Assembly: GCF_000270205.1 (NCBI RefSeq)
Contig: NC_015913.1
Coordinates: forward strand, 1,530,329-1,562,328
Direction of reading: 5' to 3'
From: Candidatus Arthromitus sp. SFB-mouse-Japan
Lineage (GTDB): Bacteria > Bacillota > Clostridia > Clostridiales > Clostridiaceae
Length of the DNA stretch: 32,000 nt
Position 1 is the first letter of the stretch; every line of letters begins with the position of its first letter. The translations under genes and the position numbers were made by a program. The notes under the pieces are model-generated. The model saw only the letters and a program-made list of their open reading frames with translations. It made no database searches and was not told where the DNA came from. This document shows positions 1 to 9,114 of this stretch, one piece after another.

Positions 1-652
1 AAATTATATCAGTATCTTTCATTTTAATATATATAAATAAATCCCTAATAAATATGTACATCATATCCGTTATTAAATCCAATTTATTTTTATATGCAAC
101 TAAACTATTAATATTTTCGCTGAAATTATTAAACTTAAACATTCTAAAATTAATTAATGAATTTATTAATAATTCATATATTTTTTCAGAATCTTCTCCA
201 CCATATATACGTCCAAAATTATTCTCGCTAGATTTTAAAATTGAATTGAAATTAATAACTATGCACCTAGATATTATTGTATCCAAAATTTTATTAATAT
301 CATTAAGAATCAATACTATAAATACATTTTTACTTTGATCTTCCAGTGTTTTTAAAATAGCATTCTGAGCTTCCACACTCATTCTCTCAGAATTACTTAT
401 TAAGACTACTTTATTTTTATGATAAATAGACTTTTTAATCACCTCAGATTTAATAAACCTAATATCATTTATAGTAATAGATTTAATGTTATTTCCCAAA
501 AATATTATACTGTCCATAATATTTGTTTTACTTCCAATAACCCTATATGCAAATTCCAAGGAAAATTTATTTATTAACTCTATATCATCACCAAAAAAAA
601 TATATGATTGTGATAATCCTAAGTTATTAAAAATTTCATCTAATATCTTCAT
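1..652 (-). CDS. holB: DNA polymerase III delta' subunit, 3' end beyond the left edge
   Basis: Not in the ORF track. I translated it by hand from an ATG at 652 on the minus strand: MKILDEIFNNLGLSQSYIFFGDDIELINKFSLEFAYRVI...KVVLISNSERMSVEAQNAILKTLED...VFIVLILNDINKILDTIISRC. This has the clamp-loader 'NAILKTLEEP' and 'TI.SRC' signatures. No stop codon before position 1. It sits directly downstream of tmk. Confidence 0.9.
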   Translation of the reverse strand, partial: MKILDEIFNNLGLSQSYIFFGDDIELINKFSLEFAYRVIGSKTNIMDSIIFLGNNIKSITINDIRFIKSEVIKKSIYHKNKVVLISNSERMSVEAQNAILKTLEDQSKNVFIVLILNDINKILDTIISRCIVINFNSILKSSENNFGRIYGGEDSEKIYELLINSLINFRMFKFNNFSENINSLVAYKNKLDLITDMMYIFIRDLFIYIKMKDTDII

Positions 653-657
653 AATAT

Positions 658-1305
658 TCAGCCTTTATATCCAATTTTATTCAGAATCTTACTGTATATC
701 TTTTCATTTATACTTTGTATTGAAAATAAACTTTTCCCATCATCACATTCTATATTAATAAAATCATACATACTACATACATACTGAGCAGTTTTATAAC
801 ACTTAATTATAAAATCATAATCTTTCTCATAGATATCTTTATTATTTCTCTTCTTTATCATATCTAAATTTATATCCAATGATAAATTCATAAAAAACGT
901 CATATTTTCTTTAGGTAAACCACATATATCATATTCAAATTCTAACACCCATTTAAAAAACTTGTCTCTATCATCTTCATTATCTATAAGACTTCCTTGA
1001 TATATTAAGTTTGAATATATATATCTATCACATAATATAAAATACCCTTCATCTATGTATCCACTCATTTCCCTCTTATATACCCCAAATCTATCTAATC
1101 CAAAAAATGTAGAAATTAAATATGGATTCAAATTATTCCCAAAATCACCATTTAAATACTCTTTAACAAACAAAGAATACTTATTACAATAATTTGGAAA
1201 TTCTATTCTTATAGTTTTTAATCCTATATCATTTAATCTCTTCTCTATTAATTTTGTTTGGGTCTCTTTACCACTACCATCTAATCCCTCGAACACTATT
1301 ATCAT
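658..1305 (-). CDS. tmk: Thymidylate (dTMP) kinase
   Basis: P-loop FEGLDGSGKETQTKLIEKRL, plus YSNLIYQG and DRYIY typical of TMK. Start overlaps the speA-like stop (ATGA). Confidence 0.95.
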   Translation of the reverse strand: MIIVFEGLDGSGKETQTKLIEKRLNDIGLKTIRIEFPNYCNKYSLFVKEYLNGDFGNNLNPYLISTFFGLDRFGVYKREMSGYIDEGYFILCDRYIYSNLIYQGSLIDNEDDRDKFFKWVLEFEYDICGLPKENMTFFMNLSLDINLDMIKKRNNKDIYEKDYDFIIKCYKTAQYVCSMYDFINIECDDGKSLFSIQSINEKIYSKILNKIGYKG

Positions 1306-2756
1306 TGCTTAATATTCTCCTCTAATACTTTTAAATATTTCCCATCAAATACACCATTTACTCTACAGTTTAATTTTAAATACTCAAAAATAACTTCCAT
1401 ATGTTTACTTTCTATATATTCACCTCTTACAATTATAGGAGTACCTGGGGGATATAAAAATATATCATTAAATGCTACCTTTCCAACACATTTTTCTATT
1501 TCTAAAAATTCATAAGGTTTATGTAGTATTTCATAAGGCTCAAATACCTTTATGATATCTAAATCATAAATCTTAGGAAATATTTCAAATATATTATTTA
1601 TATACTCATTTCCCTTAAACTCATTGATACTATAATATAATTTTTGAAAATCATTCTTTTTACTACAATAAGTTGGTATTAATACAATACCATTAAAATA
1701 CGTCATCTCACACACAATCTTTTTCTTTAATAGATAATTGTATAAATCGTTAGAAGACATATTCCCATATTTAAACTTTAAACATAATCTTGAATCATCA
1801 TACAGAAAATTACTATTACTTCTATTAATTATACAATTATTATCTATTCCTATTATCTCACAATCCACTAATAATTCTCTAAAATTATCACACTCATCGA
1901 CATAACTATATCCTATATTTTTATATTTTACACAATCATCTAAACCTTTTTCTAAAGACATTAATATAAGATATGATGGACTAGTAGTGGTAAATATACA
2001 AAAATATTCATCTACCTTACTTATTAGATCACTCTTATTAACATGCAAATACGCTCCCTGTGTAAGAGATGCAAGAGTCTTGTGTGCACTCATAACACTA
2101 ATATCACAAAATTTGTTTACACAATCAATCTTTTTATTAAAAGCCTTTATATGTGCACCATGTGCACCATCTATCAATAGTAAAATATTTCTCTTTTTTA
2201 AATAAGAATAAATTCCTTTTTGATCCACATATATCCCATAATAATTTGGATTTGTTAAAACAACACCTCTTACATTCTTATTATTTTCAATGATATTAAC
2301 TATATCACTAAAAATAATATCCTTCTCATTATAATCTATAAATGAGAATTTGTCTGGCATTAATAAATCTACGTTATATTTATCTCTATTTACATATAAA
2401 ACTTTAAGCTTTCTTAAAATAAGAGCATTTATAACGCTTTTATGACATCCTCGTTCAACTAAAATCGTATCTCCTTCATCAAAACAGCTAAAAAACATAA
2501 TATGTATTCCACTTGTTGACCCATTTACTAAATAATAAGATTTCTTACTCTCATAAAATTTACTCAAATTATTTAACGAATCATTTATACATTCATATGG
2601 ATTATGCAGATTATCAAGCCCCTCAATCTCCGTTAAATCATATTTAAATAAATTTTCTGTGTAATTATATCCATTCCCTTGTTTATGTCCAGGTGTAGTA
2701 AAAAATGAATATTCTTCACCCAAATATCTTTCTATAGATTTAATTAGTTCTCCCAC
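1302..2756 (-). CDS. speA: Orn/Lys/Arg decarboxylase family, PLP-dependent (SpeA/YaaO-like)
   Basis: N-terminal FFTTPGHKQG, DLTEIEGLDNLH, PLP-lysine motif SAHKTLASLTQGAYLH, LLIDGAHGAH, C-terminal YPPGTPI-type motif (LYPPGTPIIVRGE). Substrate cannot be assigned from sequence. Confidence 0.85.
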   Translation of the reverse strand: MGELIKSIERYLGEEYSFFTTPGHKQGNGYNYTENLFKYDLTEIEGLDNLHNPYECINDSLNNLSKFYESKKSYYLVNGSTSGIHIMFFSCFDEGDTILVERGCHKSVINALILRKLKVLYVNRDKYNVDLLMPDKFSFIDYNEKDIIFSDIVNIIENNKNVRGVVLTNPNYYGIYVDQKGIYSYLKKRNILLLIDGAHGAHIKAFNKKIDCVNKFCDISVMSAHKTLASLTQGAYLHVNKSDLISKVDEYFCIFTTTSPSYLILMSLEKGLDDCVKYKNIGYSYVDECDNFRELLVDCEIIGIDNNCIINRSNSNFLYDDSRLCLKFKYGNMSSNDLYNYLLKKKIVCEMTYFNGIVLIPTYCSKKNDFQKLYYSINEFKGNEYINNIFEIFPKIYDLDIIKVFEPYEILHKPYEFLEIEKCVGKVAFNDIFLYPPGTPIIVRGEYIESKHMEVIFEYLKLNCRVNGVFDGKYLKVLEENIKQ

Positions 2757-2835
2757 ATAATTCTCCTATTTTAAAAATTATTATTATTTGATATACTTCT
2801 ATATATCTTAAATTTTTTATTCTAGGGGATTTTAA

Positions 2836-3768
2836 ATGATTTGTATATATAAAACTTCAAACAATATTCTTGAAAGAATCGATAATATTGAATCTGGTTG
2901 CTGGATAAATATCGTTCAACCATCCGAACAAGAACTTCTATTCATATCAAAAAAAACAGATATATCTCTTGATCTCTTAAACGCAGCACTTGATGAAGAA
3001 GAAACTTCAAGGATAGATGTTGAGCTATCAAATATTTTAATAATAGTAGATGTACCATTTACTAGCATAGAAGAAAATTCATTAACATATGGTACATATC
3101 CTCTAGGCATAATTTCAAACGATAATTACATAGTCACTATATCTATTAAAAAAAATAAGGTTATATCTGATTTCATAGATGGTAAAATTAAGAATTTTTA
3201 CACAAATAAGCGCCCTAGATTCACACTTCAAATATTAAATAAAATAACAACTTATTTCCTCCTCTATCTAAGACAAATTGATAAGAAAAGCCAACTTATT
3301 CATAACAAAATACATAAATCAATGAAAAACAAAGAACTCATACAATTATTATCATTAGAAAAATCTCTTGTATATTTTTCAACATCTCTAAAATCTAATG
3401 AAATGACCTTAGAAAAATTGCTTAAATACGATTTTATACAGAAATATGAAGAGGATAAACACCTACTCGAAGATGTTATTATTGATAACAAACAAGCCAT
3501 TGAAATGGCTCATATATATGCAAGTGTCCTATCAAGTCTTCTTGAATTCTTCGCTGCACTTATATCTAACAATTTAAATATGGTTATGAAATTTCTTGCT
3601 TCTATGACTATAGTTATATCAGTTCCATCTATAATTTTTACCATGTGGGGATCAAATGTACCCCTCCCTTTTGCAAACAATCCATTTGGATTCTTAATAC
3701 TTTTACTTATAGCTCTACTATTATCTTCAATAATTGCCATTATTCTCTATAAAAAAGGCATGTTTTAG
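2836..3768 (+). CDS. CorA-family (MIT superfamily) divalent cation transporter with a variant GSN signature
   Basis: 310 aa with long central coiled region and two C-terminal hydrophobic helices. The signature region reads IIFTMWGSNVPLPFANNPFGF. Confidence 0.85.
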   Translation: MICIYKTSNNILERIDNIESGCWINIVQPSEQELLFISKKTDISLDLLNAALDEEETSRIDVELSNILIIVDVPFTSIEENSLTYGTYPLGIISNDNYIVTISIKKNKVISDFIDGKIKNFYTNKRPRFTLQILNKITTYFLLYLRQIDKKSQLIHNKIHKSMKNKELIQLLSLEKSLVYFSTSLKSNEMTLEKLLKYDFIQKYEEDKHLLEDVIIDNKQAIEMAHIYASVLSSLLEFFAALISNNLNMVMKFLASMTIVISVPSIIFTMWGSNVPLPFANNPFGFLILLLIALLLSSIIAIILYKKGMF

Positions 3769-3821
3769 TATTTAATTAAATATATCTATTAATAAATTTC
3801 AGTTTTAAATTGGAGGTTATA

Positions 3822-4742
3822 ATGGCTATTCCCTGCAAAAAATTAATTTTCGGAGATAAAATATCTGTTATCTCTCCTTCCTCTCCATCTTCGAAAGAAA
3901 CCATCAAAAATGCTCTTAATTTACTTAAATCTCTTAATTTCGATTACAAAATATATGATCATCTATACGATGATATTGGATACCTAGCAGGACTCGATAT
4001 CCATAGAGCTAAAGACTTCAATAATGCATTAAAAGACAAAGAAACTAACGCAATAATATGTTTAAGAGGGGGATATGGAACCCTTCGTATTATGGATCTC
4101 ATAGAATGGTCATTATATAAAAAAAATCCCAAGATATTCATGGGATTTAGCGATATCACACCAATTTTAAATTATATATTTAAAAAATTCAATATAATTA
4201 CATTTCACTCACCTATGTTAACATCAAATCTAATGGATGAACACTCTAGAGATAGTTTAATAAACTCTATTACAATTCAAAAAAGCAATTACTTTATCAA
4301 AAATCCAGAAAATATATCTCTTAAATCCTTCCCTTCTAACAAAAATATAGTCACAGGAAACATAATAGGTGGGAACTTATCACTCATATGTTCTACAATA
4401 TCAACAAAATATGAAATACCGTTTAAAAATAATATTCTGTTTATTGAAGAAATAAATGAATCTCCTTATAAAGTGGATAGAATGTTATCCCATCTCTATT
4501 TAAGCGGTAAAATTCAAAAGTGTTCAGGAATAATATTGGGTCAGTTCACAGATTGTAAAGATGACAATGGTGTAAACATAGAAGATCTTCTTCTGGAAAA
4601 ATTACGTTTATTTAAAAAACCTTGCATATACAACCTATGTGCAGGACATGGTTCTCCAAGACTCACTATACCAATAGGAGCCCGTGCAAGAATTAATACT
4701 AATAATTCAACTATTGAAATACTAAAAAGTGTAGTAATATAA
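3822..4742 (+). CDS. LD-carboxypeptidase / MccF-like peptidase (family S66)
   Basis: ISPSSP...ICLRGGYGTLRIMDLIEW...FMGFSDITPILNYIF...GNIIGGNLSLICSTIST...LFIEEINESPYKVDRMLSHL. ORF begins at 3810, but GGAGG-ttata-ATG at 3822 is the better start. Confidence 0.85.
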   Translation: MAIPCKKLIFGDKISVISPSSPSSKETIKNALNLLKSLNFDYKIYDHLYDDIGYLAGLDIHRAKDFNNALKDKETNAIICLRGGYGTLRIMDLIEWSLYKKNPKIFMGFSDITPILNYIFKKFNIITFHSPMLTSNLMDEHSRDSLINSITIQKSNYFIKNPENISLKSFPSNKNIVTGNIIGGNLSLICSTISTKYEIPFKNNILFIEEINESPYKVDRMLSHLYLSGKIQKCSGIILGQFTDCKDDNGVNIEDLLLEKLRLFKKPCIYNLCAGHGSPRLTIPIGARARINTNNSTIEILKSVVI

Positions 4743-4756
4743 AACACATTAAAATT

Positions 4757-4786
4757 AAAGTAGATATTTAAAATATCTACTTTTTT
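4757..4786 (+). terminator. Rho-independent terminator after the S66 peptidase gene
   Basis: AAAGTAGATATT-taa-AATATCTACTTTTTT: 12-bp perfect stem, 3-nt loop, then T run. Confidence 0.85.
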
Positions 4787-4853
4787 ATATACCCATTTAA
4801 ATAATTTTATAATATAATATCGTTATCTCTTGCATTATTTTGTCGGAGGATAT

Positions 4854-6245
4854 ATGAGACAGGATTTTAAAGACTTTAAAACTAATATTAAAAACAAACA
4901 CGTTGCAATCGTTGGATTAGGTATAAGTAATATTCCATTAATAAATTTTTTATCTAAATTAGGTTGCAAAATCACTCTATTTGATAGGAAAGATATTGAA
5001 AATTTTTCGAATTTGGAAATAAAATCATTCAATAAACTAAACATTAAATTTGTATTTGGAAAAAATTATCTAAATTACATTAATAATTTCGATTATATAT
5101 TTAAGACTCCTTCTATTAGGTCTGATATTTTAGAGTTCGAAAATGCTAAAAAAAACGGTTCTATAATAACCTCCGAAATAGAAGAACTCCTTAGGTATTG
5201 TCCATCAAAAATATATGGTGTGACAGGAAGTGATGGAAAAACTACCACTACTAGTATTTTATATAACTTATTAAAAAACTCAGGATATAAAACATGGGTT
5301 GGAGGTAATATAGGATTCCCTTTATTTAGCAAAATTGAAGAAATGAGAGAAGATGATAAAGTTGTCTTAGAACTATCTAGTTTTCAACTTATGAACATAA
5401 ATATATCTCCTGATGTATCTATAATAACAAATATATCTCCTAATCATTTGGATTATCATAAGGACATGAATGAATATATCGATTGTAAGAAAAACATATT
5501 TAGATTTCAAGATGATAATAGCATTACAATATTAAATAGAGATTGTTCTATTACTAATTCCTTTGATAAAGAATTAAATGGAAGATCTAGAAAGTTTTCT
5601 ATTAATCATTTCGATGATAAAGAAGTTATAAAAAATGGTTCATATTTAAAAAATGATGAGCTCTATGTATTAAACCAAAGAATACTTCACAAAAATGATC
5701 TAAAAATTAAAGGTGATCACAATATGTTAAACTTTGCAGCTGCAATACTTGCAACAATACCTGATATATCTTACTCTACAATTAAAAATTTTGCTAAAGA
5801 ATTCAGTGGGGTAAAACATAGAAATGAATTTGTCGATACAATAAATAACATACATTTTTATAATGATTCCATAGCCTCAACTCCTACACGTACTCTTGCT
5901 ACCTTATCGTGTTTTGATCAAAAAGTCATTCTAATTGCCGGAGGATATGATAAAAACATTTCCTATGTTCCGTTATTAAATGGTTATGATAAGATTAAAA
6001 AACTCTACCTAATAGGCGCAACTAAACAAAAAATATACGATGTATTTAAAAAATACTCTTCTGATATAGAAATAATCATATTTAATGATTTTAATGAACT
6101 CGTTTCACATGCATATAAAAATGCATGTGAAAATGATGTTATACTTCTATCACCAGCTTCGGCAAGCTTTGATATGTTCAAAAATTTTGAAGAACGAGGA
6201 GATAAATTTAAAGAAATCATCCAAAAAATAAAAGCTAGTAAATAA
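4854..6245 (+). CDS. murD: UDP-N-acetylmuramoylalanine--D-glutamate ligase
   Basis: GVTGSDGKTTTTSILYNLLKNSG, NISPNHLDYHKDMNEYIDCK, GVKHRNEFV, ILLSPASASFDMFKNFEERGDKF. ORF opens at a TTG (4830); CGGAGG-atat-ATG at 4854 is the likely start. Confidence 0.95.
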   Translation: MRQDFKDFKTNIKNKHVAIVGLGISNIPLINFLSKLGCKITLFDRKDIENFSNLEIKSFNKLNIKFVFGKNYLNYINNFDYIFKTPSIRSDILEFENAKKNGSIITSEIEELLRYCPSKIYGVTGSDGKTTTTSILYNLLKNSGYKTWVGGNIGFPLFSKIEEMREDDKVVLELSSFQLMNINISPDVSIITNISPNHLDYHKDMNEYIDCKKNIFRFQDDNSITILNRDCSITNSFDKELNGRSRKFSINHFDDKEVIKNGSYLKNDELYVLNQRILHKNDLKIKGDHNMLNFAAAILATIPDISYSTIKNFAKEFSGVKHRNEFVDTINNIHFYNDSIASTPTRTLATLSCFDQKVILIAGGYDKNISYVPLLNGYDKIKKLYLIGATKQKIYDVFKKYSSDIEIIIFNDFNELVSHAYKNACENDVILLSPASASFDMFKNFEERGDKFKEIIQKIKASK

Positions 6246-6264
6246 AAATTTACTAGCTTTTATT
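6227..6264. terminator. Bidirectional terminator shared by convergent murD and glyS
   Basis: 17-bp perfect stem (6227-6243 / 6248-6264) around AAAAGCTAGTAAAT-aaaa-ATTTACTAGCTTTT. It contains or touches both stop codons. Confidence 0.8.
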
Positions 6265-7648
6265 AAAATTCAAATTTAAGATTAAAATATTCATCCAAAC
6301 AATCTATATTAATCCTAACTTGATCCATTGTATCTCTATCTCTAATGGTTACACTATTATCTTCAAGCGAATCAAAATCAATAGTTACACAATAAGGAGT
6401 TCCTATCTCATCTTGTCTTCTATATCTCTTACCTATAGCTCCTGATTCATCATACTCACAATTATATTTTTTACTCAATTTTTCGTAAACTATCATAGCT
6501 TTATCAGATAATTTTTTTGATAAAGGTAATACACCAATTTTTACAGGAGCTATAGCTGGGTGAAATCTCAAAACTGTACGAATATCACCATCTTTTATAT
6601 ATTCCTCATCATATGCACTACACATTACGCTCAAAAGAAGTCTATCAACTCCAAGAGATGGCTCTATACAATAAGGAATATATTTTTCATTTAATTCTTG
6701 GTCAAAATATGTAAGATCCTCCGATGAATGATTCATATGTGCTTTTAAATCGTAATCCGTTCTATCAGCAATTCCCCATAACTCACCAAATCCAAAAGGA
6801 AATTTAAACTCAATATCAGTTGTAGCATTTGAATAAAATGAAAGCTCTTCCCTAGAATGATCCCTAATTCTCAATTCTTCTTCCTTTATTCCAAGATCTC
6901 TTAAAAATTTTAAACAATACTCTCTCCAATATTCAAACCAATTTAAATCCTCACCAGGTTTACAAAAAAACTCAAGCTCCATTTGTTCAAATTCTCTAGT
7001 TCTAAATATAAAATTCCCTGGAGTTATCTCATTTCTAAAACTCTTACCAATTTGAGCTATTCCAAAAGGAAGCTTTTTTCTTGAACTTCTGAGTACATTT
7101 TTAAAATTAACAAATATCCCTTGAGCAGTCTCAGGTCTTAAATAAATTTCAGCCTTATTATCCTCAGTAACACCTTGAAATGTCTTAAACATCAAATTAA
7201 AACTTCTTATATCCGTATAGTTCTTCTCCCCACACTTAGGACAAACTATATTTTCATCATCTATAATTTTCTTTAACTCTTCTTTAGAATAACCATCAAT
7301 TCCAAGAATCTCACGTCCACTGTCTATAAAATAATCATCTATTAATTTATCTGCCCTAAATCTACTCTTACATTCCTTACAATCCATAAGAGGATCAGAA
7401 AATCCACCAATATGACCAGATGCTATCCAAACCTCTTTATTCATTAAAATAGCAGAATCAAGCCCAACATTATATTGACTTTCATATACAAATCTTTTCC
7501 ACCAAGCCTTCTTTAAATTATTCTTAATTTCAACTCCTAACGGACCATAATCCCAAGAATTTGCAAGTCCACCATATATCTCAGATCCCTGAAATATAAA
7601 TCCCCTGTTTTTACATAATGATAGAATTTTTTCCATTGAAACGTCCAT
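6263..7648 (-). CDS. glyS: Glycyl-tRNA synthetase, dimeric class II type
   Basis: [80 protein letters not shown]-aaatt-ATG supports a start at 7648 rather than 7660. Confidence 0.95.
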   Translation of the reverse strand: MDVSMEKILSLCKNRGFIFQGSEIYGGLANSWDYGPLGVEIKNNLKKAWWKRFVYESQYNVGLDSAILMNKEVWIASGHIGGFSDPLMDCKECKSRFRADKLIDDYFIDSGREILGIDGYSKEELKKIIDDENIVCPKCGEKNYTDIRSFNLMFKTFQGVTEDNKAEIYLRPETAQGIFVNFKNVLRSSRKKLPFGIAQIGKSFRNEITPGNFIFRTREFEQMELEFFCKPGEDLNWFEYWREYCLKFLRDLGIKEEELRIRDHSREELSFYSNATTDIEFKFPFGFGELWGIADRTDYDLKAHMNHSSEDLTYFDQELNEKYIPYCIEPSLGVDRLLLSVMCSAYDEEYIKDGDIRTVLRFHPAIAPVKIGVLPLSKKLSDKAMIVYEKLSKKYNCEYDESGAIGKRYRRQDEIGTPYCVTIDFDSLEDNSVTIRDRDTMDQVRINIDCLDEYFNLKFEF

Positions 7649-7739
7649 AATTTCCTCCAATAATAAGCATTCCCTTTATTATAACAAAAATATATAAATT
7701 AAAAAATATAAATTAAAAAATATGCACTTAAACCATTAT

Positions 7740-8834
7740 CTATAATTCTATATCCTTATCTCTGCTTATAGATAGATCATACAAATTATCTTTAAACATT
7801 TCATGTATAGTGGTTCTTATAGCTCTTGCTCCTAATGGATGATTCAAACATTTATCTACAATATTTTTGATTACTTCTTTTTTTATTTTTATAGATTTCC
7901 CCATCAAACTAAAATAATTTATAACTTCTCGTTCAAGCTCTATTTCTGTTATAGCTATTAAATTCTCTTTAGTTAACGCATTTAGACAAACAATTAAAGG
8001 AAATCTTCCTATAAATTCACTAAGTATTCCATAATTAATAACATCCTCAAGTTTAACATAACGTCTTAAGTCATCTACTTCTAAATTATAATTGTAATTG
8101 CTATTTTCTTTAAAACCAAATATTTTTTTAAAACTTCTCTCTCTAACATACCTCTCAATTCCTGTAAATGCACCTCCACCTATGAAAAGGATATTTTTTG
8201 TATCAACCTCTATAGTTTCATTATCATCAGTTTGTATTCTAACTATTGTTCCTTCAAGCATCTTAAGAAGATTTTGCTGAACACCTTCTCCAGATACATC
8301 CTTAGCCTCTCCATTTTGTCCGCTTTTTGAAATCTTATCTATCTCATCTATAAACACAATTCCATACTCCGCAATCTTAACATCACCATTAGCCTCTTTA
8401 AGTAAATTTTTTATAATATCATATACATTTAATCCAACATATCCAACCTGAGTGTACGCAGTAATATCAACCTCAACAAATGGAAGCTTGACTATCTCAG
8501 ATAAACTTTTAATAAGAAGAGTCTTACCACTACCACTGGGTCCGATAAGCATAATATTTCCTTTGTTTAAATTTAATATATTAGAATTTTTAATCCTAAG
8601 TATATGTCTATACATCTCAAAAGACAATACCTTCTTTGCATAATCCTGTCCTATAACTTTTTTATCAAGCTCTCTTTTTATTTCATTTGGGTATATTATG
8701 TCTATCTGTACCTCAGACAACTCACTAAAAAATAATACCTCACAATCCTTACAAAGAACTAAATCATTATTATTAGAATCATTTCTCACAACATATGTTT
8801 CAGTTTCCTTAAGACAACACATGCACTTTCTCAT
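7740..8834 (-). CDS. ClpX-like AAA+ unfoldase, divergent (no RKH loop, FGF in place of IGF)
   Basis: N-terminal C4 zinc finger (C-x2-C...C-x2-C), Walker A GPSGSGKT, pore loop GYVG, VFIDEIDKIS, DVSGEGVQQNLLKMLEGT, EFIGRFP, GARAIRTTI. Shorter than typical ClpX. Confidence 0.85.
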   Translation of the reverse strand: MRKCMCCLKETETYVVRNDSNNNDLVLCKDCEVLFFSELSEVQIDIIYPNEIKRELDKKVIGQDYAKKVLSFEMYRHILRIKNSNILNLNKGNIMLIGPSGSGKTLLIKSLSEIVKLPFVEVDITAYTQVGYVGLNVYDIIKNLLKEANGDVKIAEYGIVFIDEIDKISKSGQNGEAKDVSGEGVQQNLLKMLEGTIVRIQTDDNETIEVDTKNILFIGGGAFTGIERYVRERSFKKIFGFKENSNYNYNLEVDDLRRYVKLEDVINYGILSEFIGRFPLIVCLNALTKENLIAITEIELEREVINYFSLMGKSIKIKKEVIKNIVDKCLNHPLGARAIRTTIHEMFKDNLYDLSISRDKDIEL

Positions 8835-9029
8835 ACCTATATACCCCTATATACCCCTTAAAATTAAATCTCTAAAAACTAATATTTATTATGCTCAATT
8901 AAAAACATTTTAAACAAATAAAGGAGCTAGGTGACTCTACCCCTTAAATATTATTTCATATATTTAAATTTCCTATAGAATTCAAATGTAATTAGTATGT
9001 TATAAAAACAGTACTTTTCCATTTACATA

Positions 9030-9071
9030 AAAAAATAAAAAAACTCCTAAAAGATATTCATTTTTTAGGAG
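9030..9071 (-). terminator. Terminator downstream of lysS
   Basis: Minus strand CTCCTAAAA...TTTTAGGAG followed by TTTTTTTATTTTTTT. Confidence 0.85.
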
Positions 9072-9114
9072 CTACATAAATCTCAAACTAAATTAAATAA
9101 TTAAATTGTATTAT

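Noticed and set aside
54-338. Plus-strand ORF, 94 aa
   Set aside because: Lies antisense within holB and has AT-rich, low-complexity composition with no family signature.
486-758. Plus-strand ORF, 90 aa
   Set aside because: Antisense to the holB start and tmk 3' end; no supporting motif.
1987-2205. Plus-strand ORF, 72 aa
   Set aside because: Fully antisense to the speA-like gene; chance open frame.
2916-3740. Three minus-strand ORFs (64, 66 and 76 aa)
   Set aside because: Antisense to the well-supported CorA-family gene.
3959-4747. Two minus-strand ORFs within the S66 peptidase gene
   Set aside because: Shadow frames of a real gene with no independent support.
4835-6220. Three minus-strand ORFs within murD
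   Set aside because: Shadow frames; the murD motifs are clear on the plus strand.
7649-7739. T-box leader upstream of glyS (and equivalent for lysS)
   Set aside because: The glyS-clpX gap is about 90 nt and AT-rich, and the lysS-greA gap is about 20 nt. Neither can hold a T-box (no specifier arm or TGGNACCGCG box).
8098-8913. Plus-strand ORFs (60, 63, 71 aa) over the ClpX-like gene
   Set aside because: Antisense shadows of conserved AAA+ coding sequence.
8932-8979. Possible 15-codon plus-strand peptide starting at GTG after AAAGGAG
   Set aside because: Too short, no conservation evidence, and the GGAG is better explained as one arm of a minus-strand hairpin.
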